A stretch of DNA of 64,000 nucleotides. Origin: a bacterium. GTDB taxonomy: Bacteria; SAR324; NAC60-12. Within the stretch, counting starts at the first letter, position 1. Every line of letters starts with the position of its first letter. Below are positions 11,058 through 21,037 of this stretch, piece by piece. The DNA lies in the NCBI GenBank assembly GCA_965205865.1, contig CBDBHR010000024.1, forward strand, positions 64,001 to 128,000. The letters run 5' to 3'. Made by a program: the position numbers and the translations under genes. The notes beneath the pieces are model-generated. The model did not search any database and was not told the origin of the DNA. It saw nothing but the letters and a program-made list of their open reading frames with translations.

Positions 11058-11308
11058 GAGCAGGATTGGGATGGAAAAGACTGCGCAGGTGGAAGGGCTT
11101 CTTATTTATTGGAATAATCGAACTAATGCTACTAAATACAGGCATGTTTGTCATCTGAAAAGTCATTCTTTGATTGTCAATGATGGTGGAAAGTAATTCT
11201 TATTTCCATTGCGGTTTGTTCAATTCGATATATATGTGTTAATGTACTTAACCTTTCGTCGTCCTATTCTCGGGGAAGCGCTAATAATCAACTCAACTTG
11301 AAAATTTC

Positions 11309-12373
11309 ATGAAGGTCCGAGACGCCATTTTGAAATTGGGAAACTACGCCCCTCCCCTGGAAGGGCGCAATCCAAACGATTATCTCCTGTTGGATTTCAA
11401 TGAATCTCCCGTACCTCCTCCATTGCACGTGATTGATGCCTTGGTGGAATTTATTCAGGACAATCGTCTGCAAACGTATCCTTCATATGGAGTCTTTTTG
11501 GAGCAGTTGGCAGGATATGCTCAGGTACCGGCCAATCAGCTGATTTTAACGAATGGTTCGGACCAAGCCATCGATATAATTCTGCGGGCTCTTTTGAATG
11601 AAGGGGACGAAATGATTCTGGCCAAACCAGGATTTGCCATGTTTTTTCAAGTAGCCGGCACACTGGGAGTTCGGGTGGTTTCTCCGGAGTATCGATCTGA
11701 CATGAGTTTTCCTTATGAAGAAATTGCCGATGCCGTGACTCCGCAAACCCGCTTGATTGTAGTGATCAATCCCAATAATCCCACAGGGACCCTGGTGAGC
11801 GCGGAACAAATCCGAAAGTTGCTGGAGACTTTTCCTGAGATTGCAGTGCTGGTGGACGAGGCTTATTTCGAGTTCACCCGGCAGAGCAGTTCCAATCTTC
11901 TGACAGATCATGAAAACCTGATCATCACCCGCACTTTCTCAAAGGCCTTAGCCCTTCCCAGCCTCCGTCTGGGATATGCCATTGCGCGCAAATCTTTTAT
12001 CGAGCACCTTTATAAAATTCGCGGGCCTTATGATGTCAATATGATCGCACTGGTGGCGGCGCGTGCGCAGTTTGCTCATCCTCAACCCTGGCAGCGGATT
12101 GTCCGGGAAATCATCTGTGAGGCCAAACCCACTTTGGAACGCTTTTTTGAAGCGCGCGGAGTTGCTTATTTTAAAGGAGCCGCCAATTTCATGCTGGTGG
12201 CCCCTGACGACGTCGAAGGCGCTATTGACTATTTGAAAGCCCACAAAATTCTGGTGCGCCCCATGCGACCTCCCATTGCCCACACTTTTCGCATGAGTAT
12301 CGGGACCTCGTCACAGACCCGACAATTCATAGAGACCTTCACGGACTTCTTGAATAACCATCATTCCCACTAG
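11309..12373 (+). CDS. hisC: Histidinol-phosphate aminotransferase
   Basis: LDFNE, TNGSD, NPNNPTG, DEAY, RTFSKA..LRLGY. Confidence 0.9.
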   Translation: MKVRDAILKLGNYAPPLEGRNPNDYLLLDFNESPVPPPLHVIDALVEFIQDNRLQTYPSYGVFLEQLAGYAQVPANQLILTNGSDQAIDIILRALLNEGDEMILAKPGFAMFFQVAGTLGVRVVSPEYRSDMSFPYEEIADAVTPQTRLIVVINPNNPTGTLVSAEQIRKLLETFPEIAVLVDEAYFEFTRQSSSNLLTDHENLIITRTFSKALALPSLRLGYAIARKSFIEHLYKIRGPYDVNMIALVAARAQFAHPQPWQRIVREIICEAKPTLERFFEARGVAYFKGAANFMLVAPDDVEGAIDYLKAHKILVRPMRPPIAHTFRMSIGTSSQTRQFIETFTDFLNNHHSH

Positions 12374-12499
12374 AATTCTCCTTTCCTCGGGGGACATGAC
12401 ATACTGACCAGAGGCGAGGGGTGGGATATTTTGATCTTGTTTTTGGACCGGAGTCGTGTCAATTTGAAAGCTTTCCTACTTTACGGATATCCCTGTCAG

Positions 12500-12573
12500 G
12501 GCGACGTAGCCAAGCGGTTAGGCAGAGGTCTGCAAAACCTTGAACACCGGTTCGAATCCGGTCGTCGCCTCCA
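12500..12573 (+). tRNA. tRNA-Cys (GCA)
   Basis: Acceptor GGCGACG/CGTCGCC, anticodon loop CTGCAAA, GGTTCGAATCC T-arm, TCCA end. Confidence 0.97.
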
Positions 12574-12586
12574 CTCCATTGCAGAT

Positions 12587-12673
12587 GCCTGGGTGGCGAA
12601 ATTGGTAGACGCACAGGACTTAAAATCCTGCGGAGCTTGCTCCGTGCCGGTTCGATTCCGGCCCTAGGCACCA
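12587..12673 (+). tRNA. tRNA-Leu (TAA)
   Basis: GCCTGGG/CCTAGGC acceptor, CAGGA-CTTAAAA-TCCTG anticodon arm, long variable arm, CCA end. Confidence 0.97.
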
Positions 12674-12903
12674 TGTATGAGCCGATAGCTCTTGACACTC
12701 TGAAATACTCCGAAAAACTTGTTTGAGACACCCTCTGGTATTAAAGGGAGTCCCAAGCAATCAGAAATTTAAAAAAGAAAGGAGAAGGACAATTCCATTT
12801 GATGCCGTGCCGTTCTGGGAGAGCACTTACATTTTTAACACCTGGAACTCTGTAATTTTTCAGAAAGTAAAACCAAGCGAATATTGGGATTTAAGAGTAA
12901 ACT

Positions 12904-13890
12904 TCAGCCATGCATTTTCTTCATTCGTTCCTGCATGGCCCGCATCGCTTCGTCCGAACCATCATTGAAGGTGCCGAATAATTTATCCCAGGGAACTGCC
13001 GGGTTCCCGTAATTGCATTCGAAGTAGCGATGGTGCAGGTAGTGAAAGTAATTCCCCAATTTCATCTCAGACCTATTGACCTTGATTTTTTCGTATCCGC
13101 AGTGGCCCCAAGTCGGGCTCACTCCAGTATGCATCAAATGGAAACTCGCATGTATAGGATGCGACGGGATGATCCAATGGAGGAGTACTCCGGAAAAGTA
13201 GATCAGGTGTTCGATAGGATGCATCGAAAGTCCTGACCAAGGGCCGGTATTGGTGTTCTTGTGATGCAAATAGTGGGCTGACTTATAAAGCGGTTTCCAA
13301 TGTGTCAGTCGGTGAGCAAAATAGAAATGGTGCTGTCGGATATGCGGAATAGCCAGAAACAAGAGTACCATGTATAATGGAGAATCCAGCCATTCTATCG
13401 GGAAAAGGACATATTCATTGGCAAACATCCAGTATGTTATTGCCTCATATATTGTCCAGATTCCACAACCACTGACAATACCCCAAAACATATTGTCCCA
13501 GGTTTGGTCACCAAAAAGAAATTTGGAACTATTGGTTTCAGGCCATTTTGGATTGAATTTAAACCGGATTCCCTGGGCTTTTTGGATGTAAAGCCGAAAA
13601 TGCGCAATGCCGACTACCAAGACAAGGAGGGCGACGTTTCGAAAGTAAAGCGTGAGGACCCAGTCCAATTCAAAGGTCTGCATGCGCGCAAGGTCCGGGG
13701 TGAGGAAAAACCAAACAACAAGCCCTAGTCCAGCGTGAAAAAGGTTGACAGGAGCGAGCAAAAAGTTCTTCAACCATTTAAGTATAGTCAAAAATCGAGG
13801 TGGCCAGTCATACATAGTCCCGTTTGATTTGATCAGATTGGGCTTCCAATGATCCTGCATCCGACTATCGTTTAATGTTGTATCCGTCAT
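12904..13890 (-). CDS. Sterol desaturase / fatty-acid hydroxylase family protein
   Basis: His boxes HFYFAHRLTH, HYLHH, HP, HYLHHRYFECNYG. Confidence 0.9.
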   Translation of the reverse strand: MTDTTLNDSRMQDHWKPNLIKSNGTMYDWPPRFLTILKWLKNFLLAPVNLFHAGLGLVVWFFLTPDLARMQTFELDWVLTLYFRNVALLVLVVGIAHFRLYIQKAQGIRFKFNPKWPETNSSKFLFGDQTWDNMFWGIVSGCGIWTIYEAITYWMFANEYVLFPIEWLDSPLYMVLLFLAIPHIRQHHFYFAHRLTHWKPLYKSAHYLHHKNTNTGPWSGLSMHPIEHLIYFSGVLLHWIIPSHPIHASFHLMHTGVSPTWGHCGYEKIKVNRSEMKLGNYFHYLHHRYFECNYGNPAVPWDKLFGTFNDGSDEAMRAMQERMKKMHG

Positions 13891-14220
13891 GAAAATTCTC
13901 CTCTTAATTGGAAGTACCTTAAAACGTTATTATGGAAGTTCAGTCGCTATTTACTGACAAAAATTCGAAATATCCTTTTAACTGGAAACTACGATTATCA
14001 AAAACTTAACAACAATTTACATGATCTACAAGTGAATGAACACGATATTCAAAAAAAATCTCTTTGAAATTTATTTTAAAATCAAAATTGTGTTTTCAGA
14101 ACTTCTTTCCGGAATAATTATTATTATGCGCTTCTCTTTTCGGATTTGATGCTTCTCATTCTAAATGTATCTTCCTGGTAGCATACATTTTTTATACTTT
14201 TCACCATTCCAAGTATCACT

Positions 14221-15453
14221 TTGGCGACTGTATCCCTAAAAAAAATATCCATTCGGCATTTACTTTTTCCTTTCTATTTTCCCGCATTGGTAATGAGTGT
14301 CAGTCGCGGAATGGTTTTTCTCATTGTGCCACTCTATGCCCTTGATCTGGGGGCAAGAGCGGGTGGCGCCGGTTTTGTTTTCGCGCTCATAGGACTCGGT
14401 GTGTTGATATCCGATGTCCCAGCCGGATTCACGCTCAAGCGATTTGGCGAAAGGCGGTTGATGGTGATTGGGCTGGTGCTCATCGGGTTTGCAGGAATCG
14501 GAGCCGGATTGAGTCAATCTTTAAATTTGCTGGGGATGGCCACCTTTGTCTATGGAGTGGGAACCGGCGTCTGGTTTTTGGCACGCATAAACTATCTTAC
14601 GGAAAACATAGTCATTGGCCAAAGGGGACGCGCAATGGCGATGATGGGCGGCATTGAACGCATTGGAATGTTTGCCGGTCCTGCTGTAGGCGGTGTTATT
14701 AGCAAGTATTTTGGATTTCAAACGACTTTTTTGATCTCTGCCTTTATAATCGCTATCGAAATCGTATTCATTCTGGTTGTCCTGCCTGCTGATAAGAAAG
14801 GTTTTGCTATTGTTCAGCCTCGCAGAATTCTCTCCCTCATTCCAAATATGCTGGTAGAATACCGGCAGATCTTCCTCACTGCAGGTATGGTTTCCGTAAC
14901 TTTACAAATGGTCCGGGCAGGACGTCAATTGCTGCTTCCTCTGTGGGGAGAACATATCGGTTTGGATACCGCCGAAATTGGCTTCATCTATGGCTTATCC
15001 TTTGCGGTAGATATGTCTTTGTTTTATTTGGCGGGCACTATTATGGACCGCTTCGGCAGAAAATGGGCAGCTGCGCCTTGTCTCCTCATTTTATCTTCCA
15101 GTCTCATCCTGCTTCCCATGTCTCAGGATTTTATTTCATTACTGCTGGTGGGAATCTTGGCCGGCGTGGGCAATGGATGTGGCGCAGGGATTATCATGAC
15201 TTTGGGGGCTGATCTTTCTCCCCGCAAAAACCGCAGTGAATTTTTAGGAGTGTGGCGATTGATTGGAGACGCTGGTGGAACGGTCGGCCCTTTAATCATT
15301 GGGGGAATAAGTAAATTGTTTTTACTCGGTATTGCTTCGATCCTCACGGGAGGTATCGGTTTGATTGGAGCCGTTATACTGGTCTTTTATGTTCGCGAAA
15401 CAGCGGTCAAAGTAGAGAAAATATTTATTTCCGAAAAAGATCGTACAAAATGA
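14221..15453 (+). CDS. MFS transporter
   Basis: About 12 hydrophobic segments; KRFGER and GTIMDRFGRK MFS loops. Confidence 0.9.
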   Translation: MATVSLKKISIRHLLFPFYFPALVMSVSRGMVFLIVPLYALDLGARAGGAGFVFALIGLGVLISDVPAGFTLKRFGERRLMVIGLVLIGFAGIGAGLSQSLNLLGMATFVYGVGTGVWFLARINYLTENIVIGQRGRAMAMMGGIERIGMFAGPAVGGVISKYFGFQTTFLISAFIIAIEIVFILVVLPADKKGFAIVQPRRILSLIPNMLVEYRQIFLTAGMVSVTLQMVRAGRQLLLPLWGEHIGLDTAEIGFIYGLSFAVDMSLFYLAGTIMDRFGRKWAAAPCLLILSSSLILLPMSQDFISLLLVGILAGVGNGCGAGIIMTLGADLSPRKNRSEFLGVWRLIGDAGGTVGPLIIGGISKLFLLGIASILTGGIGLIGAVILVFYVRETAVKVEKIFISEKDRTK

Positions 15454-15599
15454 GTAAATCGTAATTCAGAACAGTAAGACCGTAGTACCCCTCCGGAAAT
15501 TGAAATGAAAAAAAAGATTGGATCCACTTCAACATTTTTCTCAATTTCCTCCCAAAAGGATTTTGAACTAGTAAAAGTTCTCGCGAATCCCTATTATTC

Positions 15600-15676
15600 T
15601 GGTGCGCCCAGGAGGAATCGAACCCCCAGCCTTCGGAACCGGAATCCGACGCTCTATCCGATTGAGCTATGAGCGC
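15600..15676 (-). tRNA. tRNA-Arg (CCG)
   Basis: Reverse complement GCGCTCATAGCTCAATCGGATAGAGCGTCGGATTCCGGTTCCGAAGG...GGTTCGATTCC...GGGCGCACCA. Confidence 0.97.
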
Positions 15677-15714
15677 ACTTCAATTTAAAGTAAATTTTTT
15701 CTCTCATGGCATCG

Positions 15715-17577
15715 TTATCGATCCAGATGAAATTGGGAAGCATCTTCCATAAAGCGATACATGCGGGGGAGCAACTCCAGAGGATTGTCCAACAACCCTT
15801 CCACCAACAAGACGTTGTTGAATAATTGTTCCACATACTCCTTTAAAAAAGGGGAATCCTTGTCCTTTTTCAGCAGGCGGGCCATGTTTTGAATGAGGGC
15901 GTGATTGGGATTGATTTCCAGATTCCTCTTGGAAATTTCAAAATCCTTGTTGACCGCTTTCATCATCTTCTCCATGTGGGAACTCATGCTGTCTTTCGGA
16001 TTGATCAAAGAACAAGGACTACCAACCAATCTTTTGGACTGGATTACATCAGCAACTCTGTCTCCCAACTGTGCTTTGATATATTCGATGATTGTTTTGG
16101 CTTCGTCTTTTGAAAACTCATCGTGGGTATTGTTTTTTTCTTCTACGTTGATATCAGCTTGAGAAATACTCTTGAGGGGCTTCCCCTGATACTCTCTCAA
16201 TTCCATCATAAGAAAATCATCAACATGGTCATACAGATAGAGCACTTCCAATCCATTTTCTTTAAAATATTCCAAATTGGGATTGTGCAGGATGGCATCC
16301 CGAGAAGGTCCGATAACGTAGTAAATTTCTTTTTGTTCCTCCCGTATTCGCTTTTGTACGTCTTCCAGCGAAGTAATTTCTTCGGCAGTTTCAAAAATCG
16401 AAGAATTGAAACGCAGTAATTCCACCAGCTTTTCACGGTTGCTATATTCCCCACTGACCCCTTCTTTGAGGAAAATGCCAAATCTTTTCCAAAATTGGTT
16501 GTATTTTTCCACATTGGATTCCGCCAGGTTCCGCAGTTCTTTCAAGAATCTTGAAACCAAGCTTTTTTTGATTTTCTCCAGCAAGGCATTATGATGAATG
16601 CTTTCCCGCGATACATTCAAAGGCAAATCTTCCGAATCCACGACCCCTCGCACAAAACGCAGGAAAGGCGGCAGCAGGTTTTTGTTTTCACTCTGAATGA
16701 AAACGCGTTGCGCATATAAGTTGATGCCCGTACTTTCCCGGGCGTAAAGCACTTCATTGCCCACTTCCTCGGGAATAAAAAGCAAAGCAAAATATTGAAT
16801 GGGCGCATCTATGGAAAGATGTTGGGAAAAAAAAGGAGCCCTATAATCATGGGAAAGCTGTTTATAAAACTCATCATAATCAGATTGTTCAATTTCGCTT
16901 TTGGCCAGAGTCCAAAGTGCTTTGACTCGATTTACGGTTTTGTCTTTCAGGATGACGGGAAAAGGAATGTAATCCGAATATTTTTTTATGATAGTCTCCA
17001 AACGAAAATCACTGCAAAATTCGTGTGCGTCGTCTTTCAGAAACACTTTGATCGTGGTGCCGCGATTGGACATTTCAAGAGGACGCAATTCGTATTGTCC
17101 GCTTCCCTGTGAACTCCATTGCCAGCCTTGTTCATCCTCGAGAAAGGAGCGGGTTTCCAAAACAACTTTTTTTGCAACCATGAATACTGAATAAAATCCC
17201 ACCCCAAACTGGCCAATCAAATTGTTTGCCTTGTCTTGATCCTCTTTGAGCGTCTTCAGAAACTGCAAAGTACCGGAACTGGCAATTTTTCCGATATTAT
17301 CTATGATTTCTTGACGTGTCATTCCAATACCGGTATCGGTGACGATCACCGTTTTTTCTTTGTCATCGAAGGAAATTTTAATTTCCAGTTCACAGTCTTT
17401 TTCCAAAACGTCTTCGGTGGTAAGAGCCATGAATTGCATTTTACTCAAGGCATCCGAGGCATTGGAAATCAATTCTCTCAGGAAAATTTCGCGTTCGGTG
17501 TATAAAGAATGCGCGAGAATATCGAGGATTTTTTGCATCTCCGCTTGATATTCGTGGACTTCCTTATTTTCGCTCAT
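15715..17577 (-). CDS. htpG: Molecular chaperone HtpG (Hsp90)
   Basis: EIFLRELISNASDA, DTGIGM, IGQFGVGFYS, DSEDLPLNVSRE, LEINPNH. Confidence 0.98.
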   Translation of the reverse strand: MSENKEVHEYQAEMQKILDILAHSLYTEREIFLRELISNASDALSKMQFMALTTEDVLEKDCELEIKISFDDKEKTVIVTDTGIGMTRQEIIDNIGKIASSGTLQFLKTLKEDQDKANNLIGQFGVGFYSVFMVAKKVVLETRSFLEDEQGWQWSSQGSGQYELRPLEMSNRGTTIKVFLKDDAHEFCSDFRLETIIKKYSDYIPFPVILKDKTVNRVKALWTLAKSEIEQSDYDEFYKQLSHDYRAPFFSQHLSIDAPIQYFALLFIPEEVGNEVLYARESTGINLYAQRVFIQSENKNLLPPFLRFVRGVVDSEDLPLNVSRESIHHNALLEKIKKSLVSRFLKELRNLAESNVEKYNQFWKRFGIFLKEGVSGEYSNREKLVELLRFNSSIFETAEEITSLEDVQKRIREEQKEIYYVIGPSRDAILHNPNLEYFKENGLEVLYLYDHVDDFLMMELREYQGKPLKSISQADINVEEKNNTHDEFSKDEAKTIIEYIKAQLGDRVADVIQSKRLVGSPCSLINPKDSMSSHMEKMMKAVNKDFEISKRNLEINPNHALIQNMARLLKKDKDSPFLKEYVEQLFNNVLLVEGLLDNPLELLPRMYRFMEDASQFHLDR

Positions 17578-17850
17578 AGGTTCAACTCCTTTTCAATGAT
17601 AATTTATGCAATGAACAACATATGTAAAATGGTGTATTTTGATGAAATTTTAAAACTCTTTTTCATGATCCTCCAGGTCAAGAAAGTCTTTCGACATGCG
17701 GGTCACACTCCAAGACAGAGCAGGAAGATCCGTATCAATTGTATCATGAGTCCAAGAACAGAACCCTGGCAATTGTTTGGGTAGTTTAATTATGAAGATA
17801 CTTCCCAAACTGGGGAATGAGAGAGCGGAAAGATTGCTATGAAACGCAGT

Positions 17851-18117
17851 TTATGCGAGTTTCTTGTTCACCGCCCGCATGAGGCGTGACTTTTTCCGGG
17901 CCGCTGTTTTAACATGTAAAACACCTTTGGATACAGCCTTGTCAATTGTTTTTTGGATACGACTGTATGCACTTTTTATTTGTTTCGCCTCGCCATCTTC
18001 CAGCAAGTCTATAAATTTCCTGATGGTCGATCGTAGATTTGCACGCAAGGGACGGTTACGCAGATTTTGTTTGGCTGTTTGACGAATGCGTTTCAACGCG
18101 GATTTATGATGTGCCAT
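17851..18117 (-). CDS. rpsT: 30S ribosomal protein S20
   Basis: MAHHKSALKRIRQ...IDKAVSKGVLH...AARKKSRL. Confidence 0.97.
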   Translation of the reverse strand: MAHHKSALKRIRQTAKQNLRNRPLRANLRSTIRKFIDLLEDGEAKQIKSAYSRIQKTIDKAVSKGVLHVKTAARKKSRLMRAVNKKLA

Positions 18118-18125
18118 TTTCTTTC

Positions 18126-18485
18126 CTATAAGGCGTTTATGAAATGTTCAACTCTTGGTGATCGATTGGGGAACAGTTGAATAGCAATTACATCAAAACG
18201 GGGTTGAAATTGGTACAAATGCTTTTCATGCATGTACCACAAACCGAGTTGACGCATTTTCTTTATTTTTCTGGCCGTGATAGAAACTGTTGGATGGAGG
18301 TCAGCGCTTCCACTCCGTGTTTTCACTTCACAAAAAATCAAATACTCCCCTGTACGGGCAACAATATCAATCTCTCCCACTTTGCAGTAAAAATTACGCT
18401 CTATGATGAGATAATTTAATTGCTGAAGGAAGGCGCAGGCGAGATCCTCGCCCAATTGTCCTGTCTGCCGACGTGTTTTCGTCAT
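18126..18485 (-). CDS. yraN: YraN family (UPF0102) endonuclease
   Basis: G..GEDLA, RNF..GEIDIVA, FCEVKTR, RFDVIAI; start MTKTRR at 18485. Confidence 0.92.
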   Translation of the reverse strand: MTKTRRQTGQLGEDLACAFLQQLNYLIIERNFYCKVGEIDIVARTGEYLIFCEVKTRSGSADLHPTVSITARKIKKMRQLGLWYMHEKHLYQFQPRFDVIAIQLFPNRSPRVEHFINAL

Positions 18486-19177
18486 GGAGACATTGTTCCA
18501 AATAAATGCAACTGCCGCTGCAGCTTTCGTGAGGGTGGCGATCCACAAAAACAGCGGAAAGTTCGGCGATGAATGGGACTGAGCCCATGGGTTTCAACCG
18601 CCTTTCTGTGTTGCAGGGTTGCATATCCTTTGTGCTGCCCGAATCCCCATTCAGGGTAGATTCGGCCAAATTCTGTCATGATCCGATCCCGAGTGACTTT
18701 TGCCAGAATGGAAGCCGCCGCAATACTGTACGACTTTTCATCTCCTTTGACGATTGTTTGTCCCTCAATGTCAACTGGCGGGTATTGGTTTCCGTCTGCC
18801 AGCACATAGTGGGGATGGACCTTCAATTCCTTGAGAACACGTTTCATTCCGAGCAGGGTTGCTTGTAAGATATTGATCTGATCTATCTTTTCCGGGGAGA
18901 TAGATACAATTCGATAGGCCATTGCTTCCTGACGAATGACATCAAACAAACGATCTCTTAACACTGCAGACAATTTTTTGGAATCATTCAAGGGATGATT
19001 GCAATCCCATTTTTCGCCTAAAATGACCGCTGCAATCACTACGGGCCCGGCAATCGGGCCCCGTCCTGCTTCATCCACACCGGCAACGTGTTGATATCCT
19101 CGCTTCCAAGCTTGTATTTCCAACTCAAGACTTGGGACGGTGCGTGATTTTTTCAGCAATTCTTGCCGCTTTTCCAC
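18482..19177 (-). CDS. rnhB: Ribonuclease HII
   Basis: [40 protein letters not shown]; exact start uncertain (overlaps rplS). Confidence 0.96.
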   Translation of the reverse strand: MEKRQELLKKSRTVPSLELEIQAWKRGYQHVAGVDEAGRGPIAGPVVIAAVILGEKWDCNHPLNDSKKLSAVLRDRLFDVIRQEAMAYRIVSISPEKIDQINILQATLLGMKRVLKELKVHPHYVLADGNQYPPVDIEGQTIVKGDEKSYSIAAASILAKVTRDRIMTEFGRIYPEWGFGQHKGYATLQHRKAVETHGLSPIHRRTFRCFCGSPPSRKLQRQLHLFGTMSP

Positions 19178-19493
19178 GAAGTTTTCTCAAGTAGTACAAT
19201 TTGGCGCGGCGCACTTTTCCCACTTTCAATACCTTGATACTTTCAATTCGTGGAGAATGCAACGGAAAAATACGTTCCACTCCAAATCCCTGGGTCATTT
19301 TTCGTACTGTGAACGTTGCTTTGTTGTTTTGATCCCCTCGATGCTTGCGGATTACTACCCCTTCAAAGGCTTGAACCCGTTCTTTTTCACCCTCGATGAT
19401 GCGATAATTGACACGCACCGTACAACCTGGTCGAAACTCAGGAAGGTTTTCACGCAATTGAGACTGTTCAACAATTTTCATCAATGGATTCAT
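19125..19493 (-). CDS. rplS: 50S ribosomal protein L19
   Basis: [36 protein letters not shown]. Confidence 0.98.
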   Translation of the reverse strand: MNPLMKIVEQSQLRENLPEFRPGCTVRVNYRIIEGEKERVQAFEGVVIRKHRGDQNNKATFTVRKMTQGFGVERIFPLHSPRIESIKVLKVGKVRRAKLYYLRKLRGKAARIAEKITHRPKS

Positions 19494-19517
19494 AAGACGG
19501 TTCTCCTAATAAAGGGT

Positions 19518-20210
19518 TTATATATCATTCAATAAATCCGGCCTTTGTTTCCTGGTACGCATGTAGGCTTGTTCTTTACGCCAGTTTTCAATTTGCTGGT
19601 GGTTACCAGAGACCAGGATTTCCGGCACTCGTTCTTCGTCAAAGACACTGGGGCGAGTATATTGGGGGTATTCCAATAATCCATGGGCAAATGATTCCTC
19701 TTCAGAAGACTCGCAATTGCCTAATACATCCGGAACTAAGCGACTGATCACCTCGATCATCAACATGGCAATTACTTCTCCTCCCAGGCAGATAAAATCT
19801 CCTCCGGAAATTTCCTCATCGACATAGTGCCGAATGCGCTCATCAAATCCTTCATACCGACCGCAGACCAACAATAACACCTGATCCATCGTGCTCAACG
19901 TGCGGGCTTTTTCCTGATCAAAAGGCGTACCCTGGGGGGTGAGTAGGATTTTATAAGTACGGAGCTGTTGCTTTTTATAATAAGAGTCTCGGGCTGCCAG
20001 TGCCTGATAAATTGGTTCCACACGAAGCAACATACCCGCCCCTCCTCCATAGGGAGCGTCATCCACTTTCTGATGCTTGCCTAAACCGTGCTGGCGATAA
20101 TTGTACAAATCGACCCGGATGCGCCCTGTTTGAACTGCTCGGTTGATCAAGCTTTCCCTCAGAAATGAAGAAAATATTTCTGGAAACAGCGTCAAAACCC
20201 CAAACCGCAT
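19518..20210 (-). CDS. trmD: tRNA (guanine-N1)-methyltransferase
   Basis: VDDAPYGGGAGM, CGRYEGFDER, LEYPQYTRP. Confidence 0.98.
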   Translation of the reverse strand: MRFGVLTLFPEIFSSFLRESLINRAVQTGRIRVDLYNYRQHGLGKHQKVDDAPYGGGAGMLLRVEPIYQALAARDSYYKKQQLRTYKILLTPQGTPFDQEKARTLSTMDQVLLLVCGRYEGFDERIRHYVDEEISGGDFICLGGEVIAMLMIEVISRLVPDVLGNCESSEEESFAHGLLEYPQYTRPSVFDEERVPEILVSGNHQQIENWRKEQAYMRTRKQRPDLLNDI

Positions 20211-20222
20211 GACCAGTTCCTC

Positions 20223-20777
20223 TCAATCTATCAGACCCGGGATCGGATCAATTTGGATGAGTTTGCCAACAAGGTCCACTCTTTTAACAATATGGGGAAC
20301 AGCAGGAACCAAAAACTCCCGGGGTTCCCTGGCAACACAATAAACGTCGTTGGCCCCCGTTTGCAAAACACGGGACACTTCCCCTAAACTAGCGCCAGCC
20401 AAATCGACAACTCGGCATCCGATCAAATCATGAACAAAATATTCACCTGCATCTAAAGGTCGCAACTGAGAATCTTCCAGAAAAACCCGGTGTTTGCAAA
20501 ACAACTCTGCCTGATTGCGCTCGCCAATTTGGGCGAATCTGACAATCCAGTGATTTTTATGGAAGCGGATTTGTTCCACTTGGCAGGGCAGCAGCTTTTC
20601 TGCGTCTTCCATGAATAAGCGTTCGACCTCCAGGTAATATTGCGGAGTGTCGGTGTGCGGCTGAATTTTAAGTTCCCCTTGGATTCCGTGTACATTGACA
20701 ATCGTACCAATCCAAGTAAAGCCCTCATAATCCGGAGCATTTTGCGCTTTATGCCTCGGACGCTTCGGTTTGCGCAC
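20223..20777 (-). CDS. rimM: 16S rRNA processing protein RimM
   Basis: [28 protein letters not shown]; position between rpsP and trmD. Confidence 0.95.
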   Translation of the reverse strand: MRKPKRPRHKAQNAPDYEGFTWIGTIVNVHGIQGELKIQPHTDTPQYYLEVERLFMEDAEKLLPCQVEQIRFHKNHWIVRFAQIGERNQAELFCKHRVFLEDSQLRPLDAGEYFVHDLIGCRVVDLAGASLGEVSRVLQTGANDVYCVAREPREFLVPAVPHIVKRVDLVGKLIQIDPIPGLID

Positions 20778-21009
20778 CTTCTACTTCTTTCATGAGTTTT
20801 TGAATACGCTCGGTTGGCTGCGCACCAACGGAAATCCAGTACTTGACCCGCTCCAGATCCATTGTCACCTTTTTCTCTTTAGTTAAGGGAGCATAAGATC
20901 CGATTCTCTCAATACGTCGTCCGTCGCGTTTGGCACGGGCGTCTGCAACAACAATGTGATAATAAGGTTTCTTTTTTGCTCCCTTTCGAGCCAAACGAAT
21001 TTTTACCAC
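20749..21009 (-). CDS. rpsP: 30S ribosomal protein S16
   Basis: [22 protein letters not shown]...[16 protein letters not shown]. Confidence 0.97.
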   Translation of the reverse strand: MVKIRLARKGAKKKPYYHIVVADARAKRDGRRIERIGSYAPLTKEKKVTMDLERVKYWISVGAQPTERIQKLMKEVEGAQTEASEA

Positions 21010-21037
21010 GGTATTCTCTTTCAATTAGGGTTTAAAA

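Noticed and set aside
12431-12731. ORFs 12431-12667 and 12459-12731
   Set aside because: They overlap two tRNA genes.
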